DNA from: Eledone cirrhosa
Lineage: Eukaryota
Reading direction: 5' to 3'
Assembly (NCBI GenBank): GCA_964016885.1
Contig: OZ024747.1
Span: 32,550,001 to 32,614,000, forward strand
Length of the DNA: 64,000 nt
The stretch's first letter is position 1, and the number at the start of each line of letters is the position of its first letter. This document shows, one piece after another, positions 1-12,629 of the stretch. A program made the translations under genes and the position numbers. The notes below the pieces were generated by a model. That model saw only the letters and a list, made by a program, of their open reading frames with translations. It was not told the DNA's origin and did no database searches.

Positions 1-119
1 TGAAAGACAAATTCTCAACAATATCTTTTACTATTGCATTCTTTTTTCTATGTCCATACCTGCATTGTTTTGGCCTTATTACACATATTCAAACGTTTAT
101 ATATATATATATATATATA

Positions 120-275
120 CTTTATTTCACGTTGCTCCAGTTTGCTCAGCTGTAGAAATGAGATGAAGAGGTACCGGCCCGCACGCCCAGCCAGTGCGAT
201 GCCGTTATCTTATGGCTAAAACAGCATGACGTGCTGTGACCAGTGGCGCCGAATGGACGCCCGACAAACTAGTCG
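120..275 (+). mobile_element. SINE fragment (family C, 5'-truncated)
   Basis: tttatttcacgttgctccagtttgctcagctg matches the internal part of the SINE copies at 3590-3733 (-) and 19135-19375 (-); flanked by (TA)n. Confidence 0.5.
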
Positions 276-285
276 GTCAAGGTGA

Positions 286-366
286 TATATATATATATAT
301 ATTTGTATATACACTTATATATATGTATATGTATATATATGTTTATATAAAAATATGTATATACAC

Positions 367-408
<42 letters not shown>

Positions 409-450
409 GCGTATATATATGTGTATATATGAATATATACTGTATATATT

Positions 451-483
<33 letters not shown>
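286..483. repeat. Compound (TA)n/(TATG)n microsatellite
   Basis: Direct reading of the sequence. Confidence 0.95.
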
Positions 484-486
484 TAA

Positions 487-1490
487 GTAGCTATAAGAAA
501 GAAGCTTTTCAGAGCCGTAGAATATAATTGAATAAACAAGAGAGATGAACACTAATATAAACATACATGTATTCGAATCGTAAGGGCTAAAATTTGCTAG
601 GGTGAAAAAATACTAATTACAGCAATATAGTTTATCCTTAACTTTAAATAAGAAAAATTAAGGAAAATAACAGACCTATATTGGGCAAAAATGCCTGGTA
701 ACCACTAGACAGTGTTGGATACTGTTTCACAACGAGTTATTAAGTGAAGTTTTCACGTTTCTCTGCTCCTCAGTAGTTGTTGAGAAATTAGTGATCCTTT
801 CACTTCTAAAAATATTAGAAAATGAATTGTGTACAATATGAATTATCGCACGTATCATTTGGAACCCAGCTTGTCTCGAAATTCCCTGCCGTTAAAAATA
901 GCAGCCTGGTTGACAGGACAATAAAAATTAGCTCTACATGAAGGAGCCGACAAATATATATATTGAGTTAAGAACACAGGGTAGTCTCTTACACGTTACA
1001 ATTAAATAGCTCTAAGAAAGAAGCTTTTCCGAGCTGCACAATACAATTGAATAAACAAGAGAGATGAACACTAATATAAACATACATGTGTTCGAATCGT
1101 AAGGATTAAAATTTGCTAGGGTGGAAAAATAATAATTACACGTGCCAAATGACACGTGCGATAATTCATATCGTACACAATTCAGTTTCTAATATTTTTA
1201 GAAGTGAAAGGATCACTAATTTCTCAACAGCTACCGAGGAGCAGAGAAACGTGAAAACTTCACTTAATAAGTCGTTGCGAAATAGTCTCCAACACTGTCT
1301 AGTTGTTACCAGGCATTTTTGCCCAATATAGGTCTGTTATTTTTCTTAATTTAATATTTAAAGTTAAGGATAGCAAACTATATTGCTGTAACTAGTATTT
1401 TTTCACCCTAGCAAATTTTAGTCCTTACGATTCGAACACATGTATGTTTATATTAGTGTTCATCTCTCTTGTTTATTCAATTATATATTC
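487..1490. repeat. Direct-plus-inverted (fold-back) duplication of a ~520-bp unit
   Basis: 487-621 recurs as a direct copy at 1007-1140 (tagct.taagaaagaagctttt...aattaca). 1146-1490 is the reverse complement of ~520-862 (e.g. tgaataaacaagagagatgaacactaatataaacatacatgt versus acatgtatgtttatattagtgttcatctctcttgtttattca). Confidence 0.9.
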
Positions 1491-1496
1491 ATATAT

Positions 1497-1532
<36 letters not shown>

Positions 1533-1533
1533 G

Positions 1534-2952
1534 TTATAAACTGAAATGACAGGAGGCTAAATATGCTGAATTTCTTTAATTATTTATTTTGGCAAACACT
1601 ATGCACAAATTCAGTGGCCATGTTGTGTAATAAGCCAGTTACAACTTCAGGTATACAAACGGAAAACTTTCAGGAAAGAAAACAAATGAATTGTGTTTAT
1701 GATTTTGACCCAGAGACGAATGAAGCAACATGCCACTACACTGCCTTGTCATCTCAAAACTTAATCAAAAGTAAAATGCTTAAATTGCTCTAGGTGGGTT
1801 TTATATTTTCTACCTCAAGCTGTTTTTACATGAGCAAAACATTGATAGCATCATTGATTTAATGGCCATTTTATCTGTTAGCAAGGTTTGGACAGGTCTA
1901 CATACACTAAGTCTGTATTCAAGAGGGGCTGCTGATCTGCATAGCTTCAGTTTTGATACTTCTCGACTTTAGCATTAACTTCCCTAGCTTGGATGGCTAC
2001 GAATACATGGCATATATTAAGACATCAGCTGGCTATGGATACCGTTCTAGCAGCACTCGGAGTGCCTGGTTCTGCCCACCTCCTTGAGTGCTTGGAAATA
2101 AATTAAATTTCCCTTTTCTACAATTTACCATAATACTTGGAATAGGCGGTGCATCTTTGGGCCATGTCTGTGTGTGTGTGGGGGGGGGGGGGGGTTAGTC
2201 TTCTCCAGGTTTTGTTAACTGCCATACCTTGCTACTAACATTGAACTATAAGTGGAACCCAAAGCAGAGAGTAACTTAACTTAGCTTAATTAGCATTATG
2301 TTATTCGTTTATTAGGTCCCTGATTTACACAACTGTGCAGCCTCTACCTATTTAATTAAACTTTAAACCTTTTTTAACACTTAGTTTTAATTTTCAATTC
2401 TTAACCTTAACTCTATCTTCTAAAAATTTTTAACCAAACTTTTCTCTACTTGTCATATTCCTGGGTCGCTCCCCGTATATTGTATCCTTTCCGTATAGAA
2501 CTTAGATTAACCCAGGCAGGTGACCATTATCTGTAACATGATATTCTTCACTCCTCTTCCTTCTCTGGCCTGCTGTCCGAAGACTGTTAGAATTGAGAGG
2601 TAGTAAAGATTCGCGTAGCAAACTATATGTCCCCATACCCCCTTAGCAAACTAGCAGGAAGGTTTTATTTAAGATAACTTCACTCAGAGACAACAAGTCA
2701 GTGTAGCGACATGCTGCTTTATTTGTCCCTGGGTCAAAATCATAAACACACAATTTTTTTCTTCCCTGTTTTTTTTCTTGGTTTGTTTCCTTAAAGTTTA
2801 CCATCATTCTGTTGGTAAAGTTTACACAATTTACACCTGAAAATGCCCCCAGGTTATTACGCAACCTGGCCACTGAAATGTCCATAGTGTTTGCAGAAAT
2901 AAATAATTAAGGAAATTCAACATATTTGGCCTCCTGTCATTTCACTTTATAA
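1534..2952. mobile_element. Element with long, diverged terminal inverted repeats (fold-back/MITE-like, or two inverted copies of one repeat)
   Basis: 1534-~1798 and ~2636-2952 are reverse complements (ttataaactgaaatgacaggaggctaaatatg / catatttggcctcctgtcatttcactttataa). The ORF track shows CVYDFDPETN on + and CVYDFDPGTN on -. Confidence 0.65.
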
Positions 2953-3589
2953 TACATTTACTCTGTTCCTGCACCACCAACATTATCAAAGATAGATGAG
3001 TTGCACAACGTCCAGTGCTTTTCTCATATTACAGCATGATTAACATTGCAGAATGATCAATTCTACCCAGTGGTAAACCACCATTTTTTAAACGTATATA
3101 TATATATATGTGTGTGTGTGTTTGTGCATAAAAACATGCAGGGCATTCAATGTTGATTGAAACTATGGAAGAGGAAGATCTAGGAAAGCTTGGGATGATA
3201 TGGTCAAAGCTGACCACATGAAATTAAATGTCACAAAGATGAAGATGCAGAGTTAAATTCACAAGCAACATACCATATTGTACGACCCACCTTTTCCTGT
3301 GTACAGGATGAAACTATCATAGAGAGGATTGTAGTTTGCACCAACACATTATCTATGTTCCCCAGGTTAGCCTTTTCTTGTTCCATCCCTATCTTCATCA
3401 TTCATCATTCATCATTTCATTTTACGTCCGCTTTTACCTACTTGCAAGGGTGGGACGGGAACTGATTCTGGCTTGATTTCTATAGCCCTTCCTAACGCCT
3501 ACCTCTTTTACAGTGAGTGCTGGGTGCTTTTTTGTCGTGGCACCTGCACGACCACTTTGCAGTGGAATGATATGGACTCCAGTCCCTAT

Positions 3590-3733
3590 CATCTCATTTC
3601 TACAGCTGAGTAAACTGGAGCAATGTGAAATAAAGTGTCTTGCTCAAGGAAACAACACATCACTCGGTTTGAGAATTGAACTCACAACCTTTCGATTGCA
3701 AGGCCAATGCTCTGACCACTAAGCCATGTGCCT
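3590..3733 (-). mobile_element. tRNA-derived SINE (family C)
   Basis: The reverse strand reads tggcttagtggtcagagca (A box), gagttcaattc (B box), then ccttgagcaagacactt, which resembles a CORE-type central domain. Confidence 0.7.
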
Positions 3734-4517
3734 CCATATCTTGTTTGTCCAAATCTTTCCTCCAGCATGGAAAGCCAGGGCACTTCTTCATCACCTACTC
3801 ATAACCCAGCCCAACCCATACCAACATACAAAAATGAACATCCCTCTTCCACATCCAGCCCTTGCTGACATGGAAAGGCCAGCATGCACCACCTTGTACC
3901 ATGAAAAATGCTTGGATGGGGCTAAGAAACATATCCAATCATGGAGACCATGCCAAATCAGAAAGTATGTATCAGGTGTGGTCACCTGTCCAGCCTAGTC
4001 ACAGAACATAACACTCCGGCTAGCTCAGATAGACATGGAAAAGAGACATTTAATGATGATGACGATTGTGTGCTTCCGCTAACTCTATGCTACTTTACCG
4101 AAACTCCTATTCTGTCCAACCTATGCATACATGGAAAGCTGGACATGCTCCGCAATATACTACCAAGTGCAACACATTGTCAAGGTCATGCACATGACAT
4201 GGTGCTCACTCTCATTCAGTGCAGGTACCACAAAATAAGCACCCATAATATACTATAATGTGATTGTCATTAGAAAACCAAGCCCAAAATGAATCTATTA
4301 GCAGGACATGGCCTCATAATGTGACAGTCTGCCTAACCCATGCAAGCATAGAAAATAGAAGTTAAATATCAATGATGATTATTTTAATTTCCTGATAATT
4401 TCTTATGAATAAAACAGTTCTAGCCCTGTAGAAGTCATTTCTATAACAAAATAAATATATATATGAGCGTGTGTGTATATGCCTATGCATGTTTGCTTGT
4501 GTGTTTATGTGAAGATG

Positions 4518-4645
4518 TCTGCTTTAGTGGTTAGGGTGTTGATCTCACAATTGCAAGGTTGTGGGTTTAAACATCAGACCAAGTGTTGCAGCAAGTCTTT
4601 GAGCAAGAGACTTCTGTTTATAACTTGCACTTTGAGTTACTTAAT
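4518..4645 (+). mobile_element. Diverged tRNA-derived SINE (family C)
   Basis: ttagtggttagggtg...gggtttaaac...tctttgagcaagagactt, similar to the 3590-3733 copy. Confidence 0.55.
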
Positions 4646-4733
4646 GTCACATAAAATCGAGATAAATTTCAGCCTAGAGAACATCTAAAGACTAATATTA
4701 ATATATACATACACACACATATATTTGTATTTA

Positions 4734-4734
<1 letters not shown>

Positions 4735-4816
<82 letters not shown>
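4735..4816. repeat. (CA)n(TA)n microsatellite
   Basis: Direct reading. Confidence 0.95.
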
Positions 4817-4818
<2 letters not shown>

Positions 4819-5089
4819 TGAGGAATTCTTTTTCCTTTTTGTCATTCGTTGTTGTTATATACTATAGCACTATACACCTGGTCTCTTTATTTTATTCCTT
4901 GTGTCTCCCTTATTTAACTTAATATGTCCACTCAAATAGAGAAATTAATTCATTCTTCAAATCATCTAGTGCGTGGGGACAGCCCCAAATAATTTGACTG
5001 GTGTCTGCCATATTGCAGCTTCAGCTTCGACATGATATATATAAGAGAGACAAAGGTTGTGAATAAGAGGAATTTAATGTAATGTGCTA

Positions 5090-5285
5090 GAGAGCGCATT
5101 GGTTAAGTGATGCATAAGGTGAGCAAAAGCTGTATGAAAAATGTGGCAAGTACTTTAAGTGCATGGGATGTATGAAATAGGGAACCTAAGGAAGACATGA
5201 GTTAAAGTTGTGGAAAAGACCTAAAAAAAAAACTGATCCTCACAAAGGAGATGACAAAGGACTGAGATGACTGGTGACAGGATGC
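5090..5285 (+). pseudogene. Highly decayed RTE-type LINE C-terminal fragment
   Basis: Manual translation gives remnants such as PRKT*VKVVEKDL...LTKEMTKD*DDW, resembling the RTE ORF end (GRPxKTWxxxVxxD...DRxxW), with stops. Confidence 0.4.
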
Positions 5286-6479
5286 CTAACAAACAAGAGT
5301 TCACAATAATTTCTCAGTTGTGTTAAAGACATAATGACCTCCCAAGTGTTGGTGATCTACATGATAAATTCATTTAGTGTACTCTATAAAGTAGTTGGTG
5401 ATAAGAAGGGCAGCCAGCCATAGAAAACATGCTAAACAAAGGTCTGGAAGACTCTCATGCATGAAAGCTTAAAAGCATGAAAGCTTCCTTGCTGCTAGCA
5501 CAATGATAAAATGCACTTGGTAGAAAGTGGAAATGTATGTGAGATGCAGGGCCCTGGCCCATCTAAGACCTCAGTAGAACTGCTTGTGTACTGTCAGAGT
5601 CTGTGACAACCCAACCAGCACTTGTTGGTGGGGAAAACAGATATTAAATGACAATTATGTTGATAATGATGATGATGATGATCATCATCATCATCATCAT
5701 CCTTTTTAGGATTGGAACTGCTTCATTCATTTGAAATACTCAGGAAAGTCTTTCCTGATGATTTGAGATGAATGAAACAATTCTAGTCTTCTAGAAGTCA
5801 TTCCTAGCTGAAATAAATTATGTATCGTCTCAACTTAATGTATTGATTAGCTTATTTAACTGTGATCTCTTTCCGTTCCTCTCTGCAAAACCATTCATTA
5901 TATATATATATATATGTGTGTGCGTGTGTGTGTCTCAAATGTACTAACCATATTACCCAAGTAAGTTATGCACATACACAAAGATATTAAGAAAGACACA
6001 CACAACAGAAAGAAGTATAGATAGACTTGAGCTAAATCTATAACTATTTGTATAGAGTAAAATAGAATTAATGGTGAAATGAAATGATGATAAATAAAGC
6101 TTTTTTCTATAGAGAAGCATTCAATGGGGACAATGAAAAATGATAAATACCTGCTCGACTAACAAAGGTACTTAAAGCCAGAACTTAGCATCAAACAATG
6201 TAGCATTACTGAATACTTTCTTCATAAGAAAGCATAAGCATGTCTAAAAATACTCATAGACCACACACATAATCATACTAATATCATGTGTGTTTGCATA
6301 TATATTTATATTTCCCTCCATCAACCCTTTCATACACCTCCCACGTCATAACACCCCATCCATGTCCTAACACTCCACCCACACTCTAACACCACACCCC
6401 TCTAGATCTACCTCCTCAATTCCCATTCACCTCCTTTACCCAAGTACCCAGTCCACACTCTAAAGTGAGTGGATGTTTT

Positions 6480-6782
6480 GGTGTCACAACAAAAAGCACC
6501 CAGTCCATACTGTAAAGTGGTGGTGTAGGTGTCACAAAAAAAAGCACCCAGCCTACTTTGTAAAGTAATCATGTTGGTAACATGACAAAAAGTGCCCATT
6601 CCATGCTGTAAAGTTTTCGTGTAGGTGTCATGACAAAAAGGACCCAGTACACACTTGTAGGTGTCACAACAAAAAGTGCCATGTACACACTTTATATGAG
6701 GTTGGCGTTAGGAAGGGCATCCAGTCATATAAACCAAGCCAAGATTAGTTCTGTATGAGAAAGACACGGTCATCTGATCTGT
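6480..6782 (+). mobile_element. SINE-like repeat (family B) with five tandem ~48-bp internal units
   Basis: Five diverged units gtgtcacaacaaaaagcacccagt...tgtaaagt...gtag precede gttggcgttaggaagggcatccag. That motif recurs at ~5393-5430, 12655-12690 and 3478-3500 (-). Confidence 0.6.
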
Positions 6783-6796
6783 ATTTATTATTTGTT

Positions 6797-7190
6797 TGGC
6801 AGTATCGGTAGAGGGTCGGACGCCATGCTTTCCAGCATAGTTACGTCCCTTTACGGTCTGAGTTCAAATCCCGCCGAGGTTGACGTTGCCTTTCATCCTT
6901 ACGGGGTCGATAAAATAAAGTACCAGTAATGCACTGGGTAATTGCTGGCCTTGTGCCTAAAGTAGAAACAATTATTTGTTGTTCTAAAGGCGGTGGATTG
7001 GCAGTATCGGTAGAGGGTCGGACGCCATGCTTTGACGTATAGAGTCACGGCTCTTGCCATTCTGAGTTCAAATCCCGCCGAGGTTAACTTTGCCTTTCAT
7101 CCTTACCCCTGTAATAAAATAGAGTACCAGTAATACACTAGGTAATTGCTGGCCTTGTGCCTAACGTAGAAACAATTATTTGTTGTTCTA
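6797..7190 (+). mobile_element. Tandem dimer of tRNA-derived SINE (family A)
   Basis: Copies at 6797-6988 and 6989-7190 each have tggcagtatcgg (A box), gagttcaaatcc (B box), a central gcctttcatccttac...aaaat..agtaccagt segment (Meta-domain-like, from memory) and the tail gtagaaacaattatttgttgttcta. Confidence 0.85.
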
Positions 7191-7399
7191 TATATGTGTA
7201 CATAATATTAGTTGTTTCTCTACTAGATATATGGAAAAAAATTTTTTGTATATTATCTAAATTTATATAAATTATGCTCTGAGCGTAATTTTCATTGAGC
7301 TTTCTTTGTTGAGTAACATAATCAATATATATGTTATATGTATAGCTTTAATCTAATTATAGTATAACTACTCCAAATTTTAAATTTGTAGAGGGACTC

Positions 7400-8883
7400 A
7401 TTTGATTGCTATCTTCAGCTCTTATTATGACCAGTTCTATAATATCTGCCATTCTGTAAGACGGTATAATTGGAATGGAACAAACGAAGTAATAGACTGG
7501 TTTGTAAACATAAAATCTAAAAAATAATACTAAATTCATCCAAATGGATATAGCTAACTATTATTCTTCTATAACTCCTAATCTGCTTAACAAATCATTA
7601 ATTTACGCATCTAAACATACAGATATATCAAGTGATGAAATAAACATCATCTTAACGGCAAGAAAAAACCCTTATAGAATTTAACGGCGATCTCTGGACC
7701 AGAGCTAATAGACCTGAACATTTTGATATCACCATGGGATCTTCGGACTCAGCTCAGGTTACATACCTCGTTGGTATTTTCATCCTTAAATCTTAATTCA
7801 GGCCTTTACTACTCATCCCACAAGCTAAACGAAAACCTAAACTATGTCAGCTTTTATTCCAACCACCCCAGAAACGTAAAGAAAGCTATAGTCAAATGTG
7901 TCCATCTTAGAATTTCAAGATTCTTCACTAATAAAAATATATTTGACAATAAAGAAGAATACTATAACGAAGCCCTACACAGGGCAAGATACAATAATAA
8001 AATTAATTACCTAGAAAAGGATAATTATTACCCCATATGAAAAAGTATATGATAATAACATAAATAAACCACATAACCAGAATAACCACAATATAAACAA
8101 AAATCTAAAATCACATAGAAAAGCCAGATACCGTTCTATAATTTGGTATTCACCACCAATTTCCATAGGAATTAAAACATGTGTAGCAAAACAGTTCTTT
8201 AGGGCTCTCTATAAATGTTTTCCTAAAACACATAGATATTACCAGATTTTTAATAGGCACACAATTAAACTCTCTTCCCCAACAACTATGAACGTAGCCC
8301 AAATATAGCGAAAAATTAATAATAGGAATCTCAAATCAAACTAACTAGAAATAACCCCAAACAAAAACAATAATATCGATAATACTACTAACAATAATAA
8401 TAATTTACACCTGAATAATAGAGCTATATCATCAAATAACAACAAGAAATTGTAATTGTAAGAACAGTTTCTCTTGCCCGTTAGATAATAACTGTGTCGA
8501 CAGAAATTTAGTGTATAAATGCACTGTTAAAACTAATGATAAACTGAATAATTACATAGGGGCGACTTCATCAAAATTTAAGGAATGCTGGTATAACCAT
8601 AAACATACATTTAAACGAATAGATAAGAAATTCTCAACTTTCCTATCGCAATTAATTTGGTCTTTAAAAATCAAAAATATTGATTATTCAATATCTTGGA
8701 AAAAAAACTTCGGTGGCTACGCCTTACCAAAATTCCTCTATCTTGAAAATATGTCATCTCTGTAACGAAGAAATCCTTCAAATTATTACTAACGCAGAAT
8801 CTATTATTAATAAAAAAGAAGAAGAGATGTTTAGCTCTTGTTTGCACCGAATCTCTAAATCTTTTCATAAGCTTTATGGTTAA
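7400..8883 (+). pseudogene. Decayed Penelope-like retroelement ORF (RT plus C-terminal GIY-YIG endonuclease)
   Basis: Manual translation across frameshifts gives NEVIDWFVNI..KFIQMDIANYYSSIT and FDITMGSSDSAQVTYLVGIFIL (RT), YSNHPRNVKK, IIWYSPP..KCFPKTHRYYQIFNRHTIK, and CNCKNSFSCPLDNNC..LVYKCTV...YIGATSSKFKECWYNHKHTF...CHLCNEE...SSCLHR (GIY-YIG region). The catalytic YxDD segment appears deleted near 7790. Confidence 0.88.
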
Positions 8884-9554
8884 ATTAGTAGGTATCTGTA
8901 TCATCTATATAATTCACTTATTTACCATATAAATAACAATATACAAATATAATTATAGTTTCCACTAGATATAAACACATATCTTTATCTAAATCACTTT
9001 TAGAATACGATTTTAAGTAATTCTTCATAAAACGTTATAACTAATAAGAGTTACTTCCCTGTCGTTGTTTACTTATGTAAATTAAATATTGATAAATCTT
9101 TCATACATTTATTCTTAAAATTAGTTATATACATGACTATATATTCATATATTTAACCACATAAACCTATATGCTATAATATACTACCCTAGAACAATTT
9201 TTTTGTATAACAAATATAAATATTTTTCCTAACTTTAAAATATGAGATGTGCGTCTGTATATATATATGTCAATCTACATATGCGAATATATCCGTATAT
9301 ACGCGAATATTTATATTTATGTATATATCTGCACTAGTTAATATATCACCCTTTAACGGCCACCCCACGACCAATATAAACACGCTATTTTTCAAAATGT
9401 TCAAGCATCTATAATAACGGTATTTTTATCTGTTTAATATATTCCTATTAAGTTATATCCTATAAAATTTGAGATTCTATTTCACATACCCATTGTAAGC
9501 TAACGTTGGAGGTTTATACTTGGGGTATGTCACTATCTTATACATCAAATATTG

Positions 9555-9614
9555 TATTTTATCTGATGAAAGCATACTATAATTTGTTATCCTTGAAATA
9601 TGTATAATAAAATA
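9555..9614 (+). ncRNA. Minimal type I hammerhead ribozyme in the 3' region (pLTR) of the Penelope-like element
   Basis: Stem I TATTTTAT (9555-62)/ATAAAATA (9607-14); core CTGATGA (9563-69); stem II AAGCATA/TATCCTT with one C-C mismatch; GAAA (9595-98); near-palindromic stem III TATGTA; U-A cleavage site 9605-06. Hammerheads in Penelope pLTRs are established. Confidence 0.8.
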
Positions 9615-9802
9615 AATATGATGCTATAGTGATATTTTCCACTTATTACTATTGTTAATAATTATATATATATATATATAACAAATTTAATAAAGAAATT
9701 ACTTCTACAGGCCTAGAACTAGCCATTTCTATATTAACTTTGTTGAATACACTCTGGTAATGTATTGAGTACCTTACTTACTGTTATCCCCAATTGAACT
9801 CG

Positions 9803-9924
<122 letters not shown>

Positions 9925-10271
9925 TAAATTATATATTTAGCTAGCTTATGTAGACTGGGTCATTGGAAATTAAAAATTTTGTCCATACGACATATATTTT
10001 TTTTCTTCTTTTCCTGAAAAGTATGTTAGTTTAATGCAGGTAATTTTCTAAAAGAATCTGCTATATTTGATTTATTTTCAAATTCCAAATGAAACTAATA
10101 CCATGTAGAAATGAGAGGAAGATCTCAGATTTGAACCCATGACCTATAAGTTGATAATCTACTCAATCATATTCATTTGACTATGACAACAATGGGGAAA
10201 CCTTTATTTATTTCAATGAGGGAAAATTATGATTAAGATTATAGCAATTATATCAATGTCAGCACTGTTGC

Positions 10272-10676
10272 CTATGATGATGATGATTGCAATATTGTTG
10301 AGAGTGACGATACTAATGATGAAGATGGTATAATTGAAAATGATGACAACGGTTATATTACTGAATATGAGGATAATGATGACAAAGGTAATATTTTTAA
10401 ATATCAGCTGATGATGATGAAGGTAATATTACTAAATATGATGATGATGATGATGATGAAGGTAATATTACTTAATATGTTAGTGATGATGGTGTTGATG
10501 AAGGTAATATAACTGAATATGATGATGATGATGGTGGTGATGGAGAAAATACTATCACTGAATATGATGATGATGATGAAGGTAATATTTCTGGATATGA
10601 TGATGATGATGAAAGAAATATCACTGAATATGATGATTATGATGGTGATGACGTGATGAAGGTAATATGACTGAAT

Positions 10677-10720
<44 letters not shown>

Positions 10721-10905
10721 TGTAATATCACTAAATATGAGGCTGCTACTTTTGATGATGATGAAAGCAATATAACTGAATATGATGAAGGTAATATTAC
10801 TGAAGAAGATGATGATGATAATGATGCAGGTAATACTACTAAATATGATGCTGCTGCTGCTGAGGAAGATGTTGACAATGCAGACGAGAATAATAGGTGA
10901 TAATA
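10272..10905 (+). repeat. Degenerate minisatellite (GAT)n-GAAGGTAATATYACTGAATAT
   Basis: More than a dozen diverged units read DDDDEGNITEY, but an in-frame TAA (~10473) and frameshifts (~10408, ~10653) interrupt them. Confidence 0.85.
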
Positions 10906-11130
10906 AGAAATTAAAATAGTAATAATGATGATATGGATCATGCTGGTTCCCCTGCATGTTGTTGCTTGCTGTTAAAAGGTTTAAAACTCAATGAGAAATG
11001 ATTAATTAACACATGTTAACACCTTAATACTCCTTTTCCCTCATCATATCTTATAGAAATTCATCTATGAATCCCATTTCAATGAACAGACATAGCCCGT
11101 AAACACTTCCTTGACCTTCATTCTTCACTT

Positions 11131-11966
11131 GAAACTAGCATCACTACCCTTCATTGTGATACTAGCATCACTACTCTTCATTGTGATATTAGCATCACTA
11201 CCCTTCATTGTGATACTAGCATCACTACTCTTCATTGTGATATTAGCATCACTACACTTCATTGTGATACTAGCATCACTACCCTTTATTGTGATACTAA
11301 CATCACTACCCTTCATTGTGATACTAGCATCACTACCCTTCATTGTGATACTAGCATCACTACCCTTCATTGTGATACTAGCATCACTACCCTTCATTGT
11401 GATACTAGCATCACTACCCTTCATTGTGATACTAGCATCACTACCCTTCATTGTGATACTAGCATCACTATCCTTCATTGTGATACTAGCGTCACTACAC
11501 TTCATTGTGATACTAGCATCACTACCCTTCATTGTGATACTAGCATCACTATCCTTCATTGTGATACTAGCGTCACTACACTTCATTGTGATACTAGCAT
11601 CACTACCCTTCATTGTGATACTAGCGTCACTACACTTCATTGTGATACTAGCATCACTACACTTCATTGTGATACTAGCATCACTATCCTTCATTGTGAT
11701 ACTAGCGTCACTACACTTCATTGTGATACTAGCATCACTACCCTTCATTGTGATACTAGCGTCACTACACTTCATTGTGATACTAGCGTCACTACACTTC
11801 ATTGTGATACTAGCGTCACTACACTTCATTGTGATACTAGCATCACTACCCTTCATTGTGATACTAGCATCACTACACTTCATTGTGATACTAGCATTAC
11901 TACCCTTCATTGTGATACTAGCGTCACTACACTTCATTGTGATACTAGCATCGCTACCCTTCATTA
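11131..11966. repeat. 27-bp minisatellite, ~31 copies (GTGATACTAGCATCACTACCCTTCATT)
   Basis: Exact 27-nt periodicity; it produces the (LPFIVILAS)n and (MKGSDASIT)n ORFs. Confidence 0.97.
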
Positions 11967-12629
11967 TTAAGTTGAACACATCCACACTAGTAGAAAATAT
12001 TGATGACAAATATAACAATATCACTGGCTCAATATACACTTATTTTTTCCTCAAAAACACTTTTTTCCCTGTTTCTTCCTCTTCTCTCTCTCTATCTTTT
12101 TATTTCATCTTTTCTTTCTCAGTCTATCTTCTGATGAATGACAAGTGTCTGAAACTTTAAAACTCTTTTCCTGCTATATCAAGCACTAAACTAATATATT
12201 TCTTCTTTGTACTGTGCTGTTTGCTGTTATTTCTGTTTATTTTTTGCATACATACACAAACACATACACACACATGTGTGTGTGAATGCATAAACAATGG
12301 AGAGTGAATTATCAATTTAATAAAGATTTATTTTTATTACGTTTCACTTACAAATTTAACTTTTAACATTGTCAATTACATAAATTCTTATCTAATGAAT
12401 GAGTTTGACTCCAAAGTAATGGGTTCTTCAGATGAGTACAATAGTGAGGATTAAACTCATTGTTTCTTTAGAAAAAAACAAGACGTTATATAGTTGCTAA
12501 CAATCCGGAATAAAATAAACCAGAATAAAGATAAAAGTAAAGCTAAAATGAAGTATGAATTAAAAAGTAAAAATTATTAAAAAAATAAGACTAATTTCAA
12601 TAAATATATGAATAAAAATCACCCAATCC

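Noticed and set aside
5666-5700. (GAT)n(CAT)n palindrome
   Set aside because: A short abutment of a SINE-like tail with the complementary microsatellite, which is expected in this repeat-rich context.
6797-7190. tRNA genes
   Set aside because: A and B boxes are present, but they run into SINE body and tail sequence, and no cloverleaf could be built.
11131-11966. CRISPR array (palindromic repeats with spacers)
   Set aside because: The linkers are 11 bp and nearly identical, there are no cas genes, and the context is eukaryotic.
11111-12160. 349-aa membrane-protein-like ORF and antisense 304-aa ORF
   Set aside because: Both are translations of the 27-bp minisatellite.
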